A DNA stretch of 64,000 nt from positions 1,143 to 65,142 of the forward strand of contig JAPHEE010000005.1 in assembly GCA_029259545.1 (NCBI GenBank). The letters are read 5' to 3'. Below the pieces are notes generated by a model. That model had not been told where the DNA came from, made no database searches, and saw only the letters and a list, made by a program, of their open reading frames with translations. Origin of the DNA: Candidatus Alkanophaga volatiphilum. GTDB lineage: Archaea; Halobacteriota; Syntropharchaeia; Alkanophagales; B39-G2. Made by a program: the position numbers and the translations under genes. Below are positions 16,364 to 26,098 of the stretch, piece by piece (position 1 is the stretch's first letter; each line of letters starts with the position of its first letter).

Positions 16364-18647
16364 GGCTGAGGCTCTCACCATTTTTGCGCTTTCGATGCTA
16401 TGCCCGCCTGTCTGCATAGCGTTGCATGGCACAGCGCTGCACGTCCTCATTACCGAAATATGCCCTGATCCGTACGGCAGTGACGAATGCGAATACGTTG
16501 CGCTCACGAATCCACTCCCTTACGCCGTGCGGCTCGAGGGTTGGCAGCTGTGCGACCTCCATTCCACCGTCAAACTGCCTGAAATTGCGCTGCAGCCCTC
16601 GCAAACTGTCTATCTAGTGAAGAACGTTTCCACTCTCGACGTAACGGCATTAAAAACATCCTTGGGTGCCGTCACGCTCAACAATGATGGCGACGCAATT
16701 TCGTTGCTCGACGAGAAGGGGCGATTGATAGACACTGTCGCATACGGCACCGTTCCGAGCGACATCCGCGGCTGGAGCGGAGAGCCGCTGAGAACGCAAG
16801 AAGGTATTGTTCTGCGCCGCAAGTCTGGGAACGAGGGCTGGAAGGATTCCGACTCTTGGAGGGACTGGTTTCCTGTAGCTTTCGAACATCGGGATAGAAC
16901 TGCTTTCAACGTAAAGACTTTTTCTTTTTTCGGCTGCGTAACAGCGTTCGTTTCGCCCGATTGCAGCTTTGAGGTGGTGTCAAGTGAAATAGAGAACTGC
17001 TCAAACGTAGTTTTTCTTAACGTGTACGAGTTTGAAAGTTTTCCACTGGCAGAACTTCTAGTGAGGGCAATAGAGCGTAACGTTACCGTTAAAGTCCTCT
17101 TGGAGGGGTCGCCTGTTGGAGGGCTGAGCGACGACACGCTGACGATTGCAAGAATCATTAAGGGAAGCGGCGGCGAGGTGCGGCTTGCGAGGAGCCGCCC
17201 TAAGATGTTCAACCATGCCAAGTATGCCGTATTAGACGGCGGTGTGCTCGTGCTTTCTGAAAACTGGAAGGGCGTTAGCATGCCCGTAAGAGAGACCCTT
17301 GGTGGCAATAGGGGCTGGGGAGTCATTATTCGTGACGAAAACGTATCTTCTTATTTCAAAGAGCTCTTCCTCGAAGATTTTAGGTTTAGCGAGCCTTTTA
17401 GCGGAGATGCTATGAGCGTCGGGATAGACGAAGGAAATGTCAACTACCACCTGCTAAAGCCGGTGGCTTGTAGTCCCCAGTGTGCGTTCACTGCCCACTT
17501 GGCTGCGTTCACTCACGCTCCTCGGGCTTGGTCGGGCTCGTGTGAGCGTCCGCAGCCAAACGCTCACACCGAACCGCTCTCATCGCCCTCTGAGCGCCGC
17601 TTGCACACCGAAGACATGAAGCTGGTTGACCGCAGCCCCTGTAATAGATACGCTCCTATTATATATGCGCTTCCGCAATTCCCTCACAAGCTGAAGCTTG
17701 TGGCACCCTTGCGGAAAAATGATGTGGAAAAAGGTGTGGAGGGTAGAGGTGAACTACTCCTCACTTACGCAAGGGGCTTCGTAGGGAGTTTGCAGGTCGC
17801 TGCCTGCCTTATCCCCACAGGCTGGCTTACGCCGCCACTACCCGCTATCCTTACGGCTCACGGGCTACTTTCAACAGCCTACGGGCGGTCCAGCCTTAAC
17901 GGCTGTTACGTCGTTATACCATACAACTTCAAATTTAAACTTAACTACCCGCCCGCCTCCCCTGTATCCCCACGCTCGCGCATGGAGTCTTGCAAGCAAC
18001 AGAAAGATAAATTTGAAGCACGCACCATATCCGGAAATTTTGAGGTAAGGACGTTTGTAGCACCCGAAAACATCCTGTGCGATGACCCCATTTTAGAAAT
18101 GATAAATTCGGCGAGGCGTAGAGTTTACGTTGAGATGTTCTCCGTGCAGAACGAATTTTATAGCGAGCTGAATCCTTACGTTGCAGCATTACTAGCGGCA
18201 GCACGCCGGGGCTGTGAGGTGAAAGTGCTTTTCGACTCCCGTGACTATAATTTAGAGCGGGGTGACGACAACGACGATGTCTTGGCATTTTTGAACGAAG
18301 TGGCAACTGCTGAGGGTTTAAAGCTAGAAGCAAGGCTTGCAGACCTCAAGGCGTTAGGCTTTAGCAAAATCCATAACAAGGGCATCATCGCTGACGACAG
18401 CGTTTTGATCTCATCGTTTAATTGGAACGAGGGCGCCCTCGACAATCGAGAAGTGGGCGTCGTCGTCACGAACGCCGAGCTTGCGAGCTACTTCGCAGAA
18501 GTCTTTCTCTACGACTGGAACGCCAGTGGCGGGAGCGTCAAAAAAGTCAGCAGCAATAAAACGAAAACCGTTGTCGGTACGGCTGTCGCCTTGGTCTCCG
18601 CCTATATTATTTTCCTCGTGGTCAGACGCCTCAGGTATGGGTGGTGA
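16350..18647 (+). CDS. secreted two-HKD phospholipase-D-superfamily protein with N-terminal lamin-tail-like domain; carries an IS-derived insert read through in frame
   Basis: Signal-like N-terminus. LITEICPDPYGSDECEYVALTNP resembles an LTD. HKD motifs FNHAKYAVLDG and IHNKGIIADD. C-terminal TM helix. About 190 non-protein-like codons (about 17.44-18.01 kb) lie between the two HKD halves. Confidence 0.75.
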   Translation: MIRIKAEALTIFALSMLCPPVCIALHGTALHVLITEICPDPYGSDECEYVALTNPLPYAVRLEGWQLCDLHSTVKLPEIALQPSQTVYLVKNVSTLDVTALKTSLGAVTLNNDGDAISLLDEKGRLIDTVAYGTVPSDIRGWSGEPLRTQEGIVLRRKSGNEGWKDSDSWRDWFPVAFEHRDRTAFNVKTFSFFGCVTAFVSPDCSFEVVSSEIENCSNVVFLNVYEFESFPLAELLVRAIERNVTVKVLLEGSPVGGLSDDTLTIARIIKGSGGEVRLARSRPKMFNHAKYAVLDGGVLVLSENWKGVSMPVRETLGGNRGWGVIIRDENVSSYFKELFLEDFRFSEPFSGDAMSVGIDEGNVNYHLLKPVACSPQCAFTAHLAAFTHAPRAWSGSCERPQPNAHTEPLSSPSERRLHTEDMKLVDRSPCNRYAPIIYALPQFPHKLKLVAPLRKNDVEKGVEGRGELLLTYARGFVGSLQVAACLIPTGWLTPPLPAILTAHGLLSTAYGRSSLNGCYVVIPYNFKFKLNYPPASPVSPRSRMESCKQQKDKFEARTISGNFEVRTFVAPENILCDDPILEMINSARRRVYVEMFSVQNEFYSELNPYVAALLAAARRGCEVKVLFDSRDYNLERGDDNDDVLAFLNEVATAEGLKLEARLADLKALGFSKIHNKGIIADDSVLISSFNWNEGALDNREVGVVVTNAELASYFAEVFLYDWNASGGSVKKVSSNKTKTVVGTAVALVSAYIIFLVVRRLRYGW
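17439..18012 (+). mobile_element. two tandem tnpB-3-prime/omega-RNA-like units (C2 then B2) inserted in the PLD-like gene
   Basis: Unit starts are GTCAACTAC at 17439 and GTGAACTAC at 17749. Hairpin CACAAGC-TGAA-GCTTGTG at 17685-17702, preceded by TATTATATATGC. 17749-18012 is the reverse complement of 4808-5047. The left boundary is uncertain. Confidence 0.65.
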
Positions 18648-18713
18648 CGTTATTGAAGCGAATATATACGAAAAACTTCGGATAAGAAGCTTTAGGGATG
18701 CAAAGGTGAGAGA

Positions 18714-19796
18714 ATGACGAGGGTTGTATTTTTCGACTTAGAAGGACCTTTATCGCCGCAAGACAACGCCTACGAGGTGATGTCAAGCATAGAGAACGGC
18801 GACAAGATATTTGAGGTCTTGAGCAGGTATGACGACATTATCTCGCTTGAGGGGCGTGAGGGTTATGAGGCTGGCGATACGCTTGCGCTCATCGTACCGT
18901 TTTTGGTCGTACATAGCATTTCCGAGCGAGATATACGAAAAGTTTCGGAGCGAGCGCCGCTGACAAGCGGCGCGAGGGAGCTTGTGTCGTGGCTTAAAAG
19001 TGACGGCTGGCAGGTTTTCATAATCTCAACGAGTTACGAGCAGCACGCCCTGAACATCGGGGCAAGACTCGGCATCGAGCCCGAAAACGTATTCTGCACG
19101 AGGCTCGACCTGAGCGAGCTGCGGCGTCGCCTCCCCGCCGAAGCCCTGACGCTCGTGCGGCGTGTCGAGAAGGAAATCTTGGAGCTCTATGAGACGGCGA
19201 GCAATGAAAAACACATCGTAGAAAAGCTCGATGAATTCTTTTTCGAAGAGTTGCCCAAGCATGGCTATGATGTTTTAGGGCTGCAAGTTGTTGGCGGACG
19301 CAGGAAGGTAGAAGCGATGCTCGCCGCCGCAGAAAAAAGCGGTGTGCGTCTCGAAGACTGCATAGCGGTGGGGGATAGCATTACCGACCAAAAAATGCTT
19401 GAAGAGGCGCGGAAGCATGCGGTTTCCGTCGCTTTTAACGGGAACGAGTATGCAGTGCCTTTTGCGAGCGTGGGACTTGCCTCCACAGACCTTAGATTTT
19501 TGCACGTCATCTGTGAGGCTTTTGCCAAGGGTGGGAAGAATGAGGTTAAGGGCGTTGCGGAAGAATGGGAGCAGCGCATCTCCGCACAGTCGCAAGAGTT
19601 CCCGCAAGGATTTGCGGATTTGTTGACGGAAAGGCTTGTTTCGTCGTTAAGAAGTGGTGAGTTGCGGGTCGCTGAAGAGTGGTATCCTCAGTTGCACTGG
19701 CTTGAAGGAGCGGGCGCTCGCAGAGTGAAGGAGATTATAAGAATCCATAAAAGCTTCAGAAAGCATTTGAGAGGCGCCGCCGCGAAGCTCGGCTGA
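18714..19796 (+). CDS. HAD-superfamily-like protein resembling EhaR-type proteins
   Basis: N-terminal VVFFDLEGPLSPQDNAYEV, which I recall as the D-x-EGP start of EhaR-like proteins, and a later VGDSITD motif. The family assignment is from memory only. Confidence 0.5.
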   Translation: MTRVVFFDLEGPLSPQDNAYEVMSSIENGDKIFEVLSRYDDIISLEGREGYEAGDTLALIVPFLVVHSISERDIRKVSERAPLTSGARELVSWLKSDGWQVFIISTSYEQHALNIGARLGIEPENVFCTRLDLSELRRRLPAEALTLVRRVEKEILELYETASNEKHIVEKLDEFFFEELPKHGYDVLGLQVVGGRRKVEAMLAAAEKSGVRLEDCIAVGDSITDQKMLEEARKHAVSVAFNGNEYAVPFASVGLASTDLRFLHVICEAFAKGGKNEVKGVAEEWEQRISAQSQEFPQGFADLLTERLVSSLRSGELRVAEEWYPQLHWLEGAGARRVKEIIRIHKSFRKHLRGAAAKLG

Positions 19797-19933
19797 TGAC
19801 ACGAGCATGCGCGCTTCTAACCCACCCTTGGAGTCAGGTAGAAGCTAAAGGGAGTGTGCAGTTTAGCTGGTAACGGGATATATCAATTGACAGAAAGCCC
19901 GATGCCTTATTCAGCGAATACGTGGTGTTTGAT

Positions 19934-20110
19934 CTGACCTCCTCCTGAGGGCGTCCACCGGGGAGGTTGAGAGGCGTGCAGCACGAACCGCTCCCTCGGC
20001 TTAGCACCAGCCCCGCCCTAGGTGTGGCTCGCTTCAATCCTCAGCTCCGCTCACGTATAAAAACTTTCCCACCTCCCCCTAATCCCTTAGGGCTTTCTTA
20101 GCGACATTTT
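19934..20110 (-). mobile_element. MITE family A, copy 2 (shorter, diverged)
   Basis: In element orientation: GGTTTAC|AAAATGTCGCTAAGAAAGCC...GGGAAAGTTTTTATACG...CCTCCCCGGTGGACGCCCTCAGGAGGAGGTCAG. TATA at 20055-20064. Confidence 0.65.
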
Positions 20111-20228
20111 GTAAACCGGGTTTTAGCCAAGACTTTCGTTGCTTACGTCGCTCATAGCCTCAAACAGCCATCAATCTGGTCGCATGAGAGCAAAAACTTT
20201 TTAAGATTCGAGGTCTAAAAGCCTTAGA

Positions 20229-20879
20229 ATGGAGGTTCATGTTGAAACCGACGAGGAAGAGGGGGCGCTAGCGCTCAAACAGCTTGTCGAATACGTAGTT
20301 GCCGATCTTGGCATCAGCAGGGTCGTGGAAGAAGTTAGAGTGTACATGGACGTGGAGAAGCCCTTATTTTACATCCGAGTGCGGAAGAATCCGAGTGTCG
20401 AGAAGATAGAGATGAAGGACATTGTTGAAATGAAAGAGCGTGGCATTGACACACTTGAGATGGAGATAAGGAGGGAAGAGTACGCTCCTTACCTGTTGCA
20501 GATGTTCTGGGAAGCTTTTGGTGAGGAGCGGGTGCGTCAGATAAGACATAACCGGCTCGAACTCATAGGGGTGACCAAGGAAGACGTTCTCAAGCTTCCG
20601 GTCTCCGACATAAAGGAGCGGGAGAAAGACACGCTTATTCAGGATATGATCTTCAGAATAAAGCCAATAGGCTTTAGGATCGTCAAGAAGCTGGACGCCG
20701 ACGAGAACGTGGTCGCCTACATCGCATCGGAGAACCCCATAACCGAAGACGACATCAAAGAGGTGGAGGCGGTGGTCTCAAGACCGCCGAAGCCGCTGAG
20801 CCTGACGGAAGAGGAGTTCATGAAGAAATACGAAAAACCGAGGAAGCTTTACGTTCCGTACAAGGAAAGCTACGTGTAG
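20229..20879 (+). CDS. hypothetical protein
   Basis: 216-aa ORF with protein-like composition. I recognise no motif. Confidence 0.5.
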   Translation: MEVHVETDEEEGALALKQLVEYVVADLGISRVVEEVRVYMDVEKPLFYIRVRKNPSVEKIEMKDIVEMKERGIDTLEMEIRREEYAPYLLQMFWEAFGEERVRQIRHNRLELIGVTKEDVLKLPVSDIKEREKDTLIQDMIFRIKPIGFRIVKKLDADENVVAYIASENPITEDDIKEVEAVVSRPPKPLSLTEEEFMKKYEKPRKLYVPYKESYV

Positions 20880-20913
20880 TGCGGCGGCGTTGGTCGATCC
20901 GATCCGCTCCGCC

Positions 20914-21735
20914 TCAACCACAGCCGCCCGTCGCCCCCTTCCTCCCCCCCAAGGAAAACAGGTTTAGGATTCCATGACAGGAGCATGAGGTCGCTACTGC
21001 TATGACCACAGCTCCAGAGCTCTGTATCTCGGTCTCAAGCCGCTGTAACGCATCAAGCATGCGAACTATCGCCTCGCCGCGGACACCGCCAACGCCGCCG
21101 TTTTCAAGGAGCTCGGAACGCAGCACGAAGCTCTTAAAGCCGCAGGCGTCGAGCGCAAATTCGAGGAGGCGGAACATCGGCGCCGGCTTCCGCAAACCCG
21201 TCACAGGGCAAATTTCCGGCTGTCTGCACCCCTCCTTGCAAACCTTATCTGCTGGCATGTAACTTGTAACGATGACGGCATTATGTTCATCGCAGAGAAG
21301 CACCAGCCGCTCCGGAATGCCGCACAGCACGTCTTTCAGCCGCTCGCTCGCCGCCCGCACTTTGATGCCCCGTCGCTCGAGCCACGCCCTCACGAATCTG
21401 CCGAAGAAATGCCCTTGGACCGCCGGCACCACGACGCTTGGCGTCAGAGCATCCAAAATTCGCAGCAGCGTCCCGGTCGCATCGCCGACGATCAAAGCGG
21501 CGTCGCCGCTCTCTGGCAATCTGCAGTGGGCAAAGTCCTTATAAAGAGAAGAGCAGAGGCGCTGTTTCACGGCTTCGCAATTCTCATCAATATCGAGCAC
21601 GAGTACCCTTGCGCCTTTGCTTTTCGCCAGCCGCACGGCTCTCGTGCCGAAAGTGCCGCCGCCGACGCATACGATGATGTCCCCCTCGTTTATTTCCAAG
21701 GTTCGCCTCCGTCGCTCTTCAGCACCCAGTGACAA
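20914..21735 (-). CDS. Rossmann-fold nucleotide-binding protein of unknown function
   Basis: IIVCVGGGTFGTRAVRLAKSKGARVLVLDID is a GxGxxG beta-alpha-beta with an acidic end. A Cys-rich segment CKEGCRQPEICP follows. Confidence 0.5.
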   Translation of the reverse strand: MSLGAEERRRRTLEINEGDIIVCVGGGTFGTRAVRLAKSKGARVLVLDIDENCEAVKQRLCSSLYKDFAHCRLPESGDAALIVGDATGTLLRILDALTPSVVVPAVQGHFFGRFVRAWLERRGIKVRAASERLKDVLCGIPERLVLLCDEHNAVIVTSYMPADKVCKEGCRQPEICPVTGLRKPAPMFRLLEFALDACGFKSFVLRSELLENGGVGGVRGEAIVRMLDALQRLETEIQSSGAVVIAVATSCSCHGILNLFSLGGRKGATGGCG

Positions 21736-21877
21736 CTCCGCCCGCCCCTATCTTTTACGATAGGGAAAACTTTATAAGCATGCTGGAAGGATTCAGACTT
21801 AGCCTATCGTCGCAGCAGGCGTGCTTTTAAGCAGCGTCGCTAAGTAGTTCATAAATCTGCAGGAGTGTGGGGCTACG

Positions 21878-24232
21878 GTGGGGTATGTAGTATGGTTTGA
21901 GGAGCTTAGGAAGGAAGATGTGAGCCTCGTCGGCGGAAAGGCTGCTAATCTTGGCGAACTTACGTCAAGAACCGATGTTCCGGTGCCTCCCGGCTTCGCG
22001 ATCACAGCAGAAGCCTACAAATACTTCATCAATTATAACAAGCTGGGCGAGAAAATAGAGGATCTCCTCAAAGATCTCGATGTTGACGACACGGAAAAGT
22101 TGAACAATGTCTCCAGTGAGATAAGGGCGTTGATAGAGAGTGGCGAGTTCCCTCCAGACTTACGAGACGAGATCATACGTAATTACCGGATTTTGGGCGA
22201 GAAAGTTGGCATGGAGAACCCGTACGTGGCAGTACGGAGCAGTGCAACCGCTGAGGATCTACCAGGTGCGAGCTTTGCAGGCCAGCAGGACACATTCCTT
22301 GACGTTCGTGGCGAGGAAAATCTGCTGACTGCCGTTAAGAGAGCATTTTCGTCGCTTTTCACGCCGAGAGCTATTTTCTATCGGGAGGAAAAAGGCTTTG
22401 AGCACTTAAAGGTGTATCTGAGCTGCGTAGTCCAAAAGATGGTGAATGCGAAAGCGGCAGGTGTGATGTTCACAATAGACCCAGTAACCGGCAACCCGGA
22501 TGTTGTGGTCATTGAAGGTGCTTGGGGGCTCGGCGAGTTTGTTGTTCAGGGCACGGTGACGCCCGATCGCTTCGTCGTCCGGAAAAGCGACCTCAGCGTG
22601 GTAGAAAAGCAGGTGGGGCGTAAGGAGAAAAAACTCGTACGCGGCGATGGTGGCCCAGTAGAGGTTGAGGTCGAGCCCGAGCTTATAGAAAAGCCGTGCC
22701 TCAGCGATGAGCAAATAAGAACGCTTGCAGACTATGCAATCCGCATCGAAAAGCACTATGGCACACCACAGGATATAGAATGGGCGCTTGATGCCGACAC
22801 CGACGAGCTTTACATTTTACAGGCAAGACCTGAGACCGTGTGGAGTGTAAAGGACGCTGCTGAGAAGAGAGCAGAAGCCGCAGCATGTGGCGAGGCGGGC
22901 GAGGCGGAAATCATCCTGCGCGGCTTGCCAGCGTCTCCGGGCATCGCATACGGTAAGGCACATGTCATCGAGGATGTCTCCAAGCTTGGTGAGTTCAAGG
23001 AAGGCGAAATACTCGTGACGAAGATGACGGCGCCGGATTGGGTTCCAGCGATGCGCAAAGCTCGTGCGATCATTACTGACGACGGTGGCATGACGTGTCA
23101 CGCGGCGATCGTCTCGAGAGAGCTTGGCATCCCTGCAATCGTTGGCAGCAAAGAGGCTACAAGAGTCTTGCGTACTGGCATGGACATAACTGTGGACGCG
23201 ACGAAAGGTGTAGTCTATAAAGGGGTCGTGAAAGGAATCAAAGCGGAAAGAGTGGCGGCAGAAGCAGCTGCGGCGGAGGCGGCAGCGCCCGCTGCGGCGA
23301 CAAGCTTTCAGGCTCTGGTAACAGGCACGAAGATCCTTTGCAACTTGGGTGTGCCTGAAAAGGCGGAGGAGGTTGCAAGACTCCCTGTCGACGGTGTCGG
23401 GCTCATGCGTGTCGAGTTCATCATCGCAAGTCACGTCGGCGTGCACCCGCTGAAGCTCATTGAGGAAGGACGTGAGCAGGAATACATAGATGCTCTGGCG
23501 GATGGCATTGCAAGGGTCGCTTCCGCCTTCTATCCAAGACCCGTGGTCATGCGTTTCAGCGACTTCAAGACCAATGAGTATCGAGAGCTAAGGGGTGGCG
23601 AGAAATACGAGGGCGAGGAGGCGAACCCGATGCTCGGGTGGCGAGGCGCCGCTCGCTATATCGACAAGCGGTTCGAGCCTGCGTTCCGTCTCGAACTGAA
23701 GGCTTTAAAGAAGGTCAGGGACGAGATGGGGCTCAAGAATGTTTGGGTCATGGTGCCGTTCTGCAGAACCGTCGAAGAGATACGGCGGATCGTTGATATA
23801 ATGAAGGAGGAAGGATTGGAGCGTGGTAAGGACTTCAAAGTATGGCTGATGTGCGAAATACCATCGAATGTCATCCTTGTGGACAAGTTCAGCGAATTCG
23901 TTGATGGCTTTTCCATTGGAAGCAACGATCTCACGCAGCTTATCCTCGGCGTCGATCGTGACTCCGAGATTCTTGCGCCGCTCTTCGACGAGCGAGACGA
24001 GGCGGTGAAGCGTGCCATTGCTTACTTCATAAAGAAGGCGCACGAGTATGGGAAGACGGTAAGCATTTGCGGGCAAGCGCCGAGCGTCTATCCCGAGTTC
24101 TGCGAGTTCCTTGTGCGGTGTGGCATCGACTCCATCAGCGTGAACCCCGATGCTATCGTCTCCACAAGATTCAACGTCGCGCAAATAGAAAAGAAGATCC
24201 AGCTCGAAAGAGCCCTAAAGGACTTAAAGTAA
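21878..24232 (+). CDS. ppsA: phosphoenolpyruvate synthase
   Basis: 784 aa with a GTG start. Contains VGGKAANLGEL, GGMTCHAAIVSRELGIPA and a PEP-utilising C-terminal domain. Confidence 0.95.
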   Translation: MGYVVWFEELRKEDVSLVGGKAANLGELTSRTDVPVPPGFAITAEAYKYFINYNKLGEKIEDLLKDLDVDDTEKLNNVSSEIRALIESGEFPPDLRDEIIRNYRILGEKVGMENPYVAVRSSATAEDLPGASFAGQQDTFLDVRGEENLLTAVKRAFSSLFTPRAIFYREEKGFEHLKVYLSCVVQKMVNAKAAGVMFTIDPVTGNPDVVVIEGAWGLGEFVVQGTVTPDRFVVRKSDLSVVEKQVGRKEKKLVRGDGGPVEVEVEPELIEKPCLSDEQIRTLADYAIRIEKHYGTPQDIEWALDADTDELYILQARPETVWSVKDAAEKRAEAAACGEAGEAEIILRGLPASPGIAYGKAHVIEDVSKLGEFKEGEILVTKMTAPDWVPAMRKARAIITDDGGMTCHAAIVSRELGIPAIVGSKEATRVLRTGMDITVDATKGVVYKGVVKGIKAERVAAEAAAAEAAAPAAATSFQALVTGTKILCNLGVPEKAEEVARLPVDGVGLMRVEFIIASHVGVHPLKLIEEGREQEYIDALADGIARVASAFYPRPVVMRFSDFKTNEYRELRGGEKYEGEEANPMLGWRGAARYIDKRFEPAFRLELKALKKVRDEMGLKNVWVMVPFCRTVEEIRRIVDIMKEEGLERGKDFKVWLMCEIPSNVILVDKFSEFVDGFSIGSNDLTQLILGVDRDSEILAPLFDERDEAVKRAIAYFIKKAHEYGKTVSICGQAPSVYPEFCEFLVRCGIDSISVNPDAIVSTRFNVAQIEKKIQLERALKDLK

Positions 24233-24252
24233 TTTTTAACTTCACTCAATCC

Positions 24253-25185
24253 ATGACCGTGCTCCGTATCACATTTTTAGGAACTGGAGGCGCTACTCCG
24301 ACGCCGAACAGGAACCCGTCGGCGATCGTCGTGCGGCGTGGTAGCGAGCTTCTAATGTTCGACTGCGGCGAGGGCGCCCAGCAACAAATGATGCGAGCGA
24401 AGACAGGCATGAAGATCAGTGCAATTTTTTTAACGCATTTCCATGCGGACCATGTCCTTGGCATTCCTGGGCTCATACAAACGCTCGCTTTCCAAGGGAG
24501 GAAAGAGCCTCTTGAGATATATGGACCGCCAAGGGTTGGAAAGTTCCTTTATCACCTGCTCTCCCTCGTCTATCTCACCAGGGATTTTGAAATACGAGCT
24601 ATCGGGCTGAAGCCTGGTGATGTTGTCCGCCGGAACGGCTATGTGATAAGAGCTATAAAGACGGAACACGGCGTGCCGAGCTTGGGGTACGTGCTTGAGG
24701 AGGACATGCGTCCTGGAAAGTTCAACAGAGAAAAGGCTATTGCCCTTGGGATAAAGCCAGGACCGTTGTTTTCGAAACTGCAGTCCGGACAGAGCGTCGT
24801 AGTGAACGGTAGAGAGATAAAGCCCGAAGAGGTGCTCGGGCCGCCGAGACCTGGGCGTAAGATAGTTTATACCGGTGACACGAGACCCTGTGAGAGTGTT
24901 ATAGAGGCTAGCAAGAATGCAGACGTCTTGATACACGATGGAACGTTTTCGCATGCTCTTAAAGAGCTTGCAGCGGAGTATAAGCATTCTACGGCGGTGG
25001 AAGCCGCTGAGGTTGCGAGGAAAGCAGGGGTGCGGAAGCTCGTTCTCACGCATATAAGCCCACGTTATTCTGAGGATGCGAGTGCGCTGTTAGAGGAGGC
25101 AAAAAAGATTTTCGAGAACGTTATTATCGCTGAAGAACTCATGACGCTGGACGTGCCGTTCCCCGAGAAGGCAGATCATACTTGA
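24253..25185 (+). CDS. rnz: ribonuclease Z (metallo-beta-lactamase tRNA 3-prime endonuclease)
   Basis: ITFLGTGGATPT and LTHFHADHVLGIPGL (HxHxDH). ATG at 24253 chosen, just after the ppsA stop. Confidence 0.9.
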   Translation: MTVLRITFLGTGGATPTPNRNPSAIVVRRGSELLMFDCGEGAQQQMMRAKTGMKISAIFLTHFHADHVLGIPGLIQTLAFQGRKEPLEIYGPPRVGKFLYHLLSLVYLTRDFEIRAIGLKPGDVVRRNGYVIRAIKTEHGVPSLGYVLEEDMRPGKFNREKAIALGIKPGPLFSKLQSGQSVVVNGREIKPEEVLGPPRPGRKIVYTGDTRPCESVIEASKNADVLIHDGTFSHALKELAAEYKHSTAVEAAEVARKAGVRKLVLTHISPRYSEDASALLEEAKKIFENVIIAEELMTLDVPFPEKADHT

Positions 25186-25255
25186 TGAACTTCTCTGAAG
25201 CCCTCTTTGAAGCGATATATTACTGACCAATGTGAATTCGAGGTGGTGTTAGAGC

Positions 25256-25549
25256 ATGAAGGGTGGTGTCAAGAAGGAAATAAAAATAGAGTTGCCGAGC
25301 AACTTGGAGCCGGTATTTTCGAACATGATACAAATAACGCACAAAGACGACGAGTTCTGCCTGACGTTCGTTCATATCATGCCCAACGTAAACGTTGGGA
25401 AGGTGAAAGCGGTCGTTTCGATCACACCACAGCATGCAAAAAGGCTGCTAAAAGCCTTAAAAGAGAACATAGAAAAATATGAAAAAATATATGGGGAAAT
25501 AAAGCTGGTAGAAGAAACGAAAAGGCATGAGGGCGTCGAATTCGCATGA
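25256..25549 (+). CDS. DUF3467-like small protein
   Basis: 97 aa. The pattern SNMIQITHKDDEFCLTF...ITPQHAKRLLKALKENIEKYEKIYGEI matches my memory of DUF3467. Confidence 0.55.
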   Translation: MKGGVKKEIKIELPSNLEPVFSNMIQITHKDDEFCLTFVHIMPNVNVGKVKAVVSITPQHAKRLLKALKENIEKYEKIYGEIKLVEETKRHEGVEFA

Positions 25550-25587
25550 TACTGCATCCCTCATGCCTTTTCAGCCTTTCTTCTTCC

Positions 25588-25800
25588 TTACCTTATAACC
25601 TCTCCGAAAGCCACTCTTCTCGAGACCTTCGTTATTTTTATCTTCACCCTGTCTCCGACTTTCGTGTTCGGTACGAACACCACAAAGCCCTCAATCCTTG
25701 CTATTCCGTCGCCTTCCCTTCCTATGTTCTCTATTTTTACCTCGTAGGTCTCTCCTACTGACACTGGCACGTTCGACCCATATCTCATCCTTTCCATCAT
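25588..25800 (-). CDS. TRAM-domain protein
   Basis: 70 aa. [48 protein letters not shown]. Confidence 0.85.
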   Translation of the reverse strand: MMERMRYGSNVPVSVGETYEVKIENIGREGDGIARIEGFVVFVPNTKVGDRVKIKITKVSRRVAFGEVIR

Positions 25801-26098
25801 ACTACCCTACCTTACTCTCCTCTTAGGGATGCAAGAAAGAGAAAAGGAGAAAAATTCCCCTTTCCTCCCTCGCATCTACCAGCAGCTGCTCACGCCGCAC
25901 GCCTCAGCGTGGGACTCACGTGGGCGAGCCTTGTGTGAACCTCAATCGAAGGTACATAAATAACTTTCCCCTCGTTGGCATAAATGTCTTGGGGTATGGG
26001 GAGTTGCGCCCGGGCGTCAGTGCCGGGGTGAGCAAAAGCGAGCGGAATTCGGCTCGGCGGCGTCAATAATATATCTCCTTTTAAATGTGCGGCTGCAT

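Noticed and set aside
21824-21850. CTTTTAAGCAGCGTCGCTAAGTAG upstream of ppsA resembles the MITE-A left end (TTTTAC-6 nt-GTCGCTAAGAA)
   Set aside because: Only about 20 nt match, and no body or right end follows. That is too short to call a solo end.
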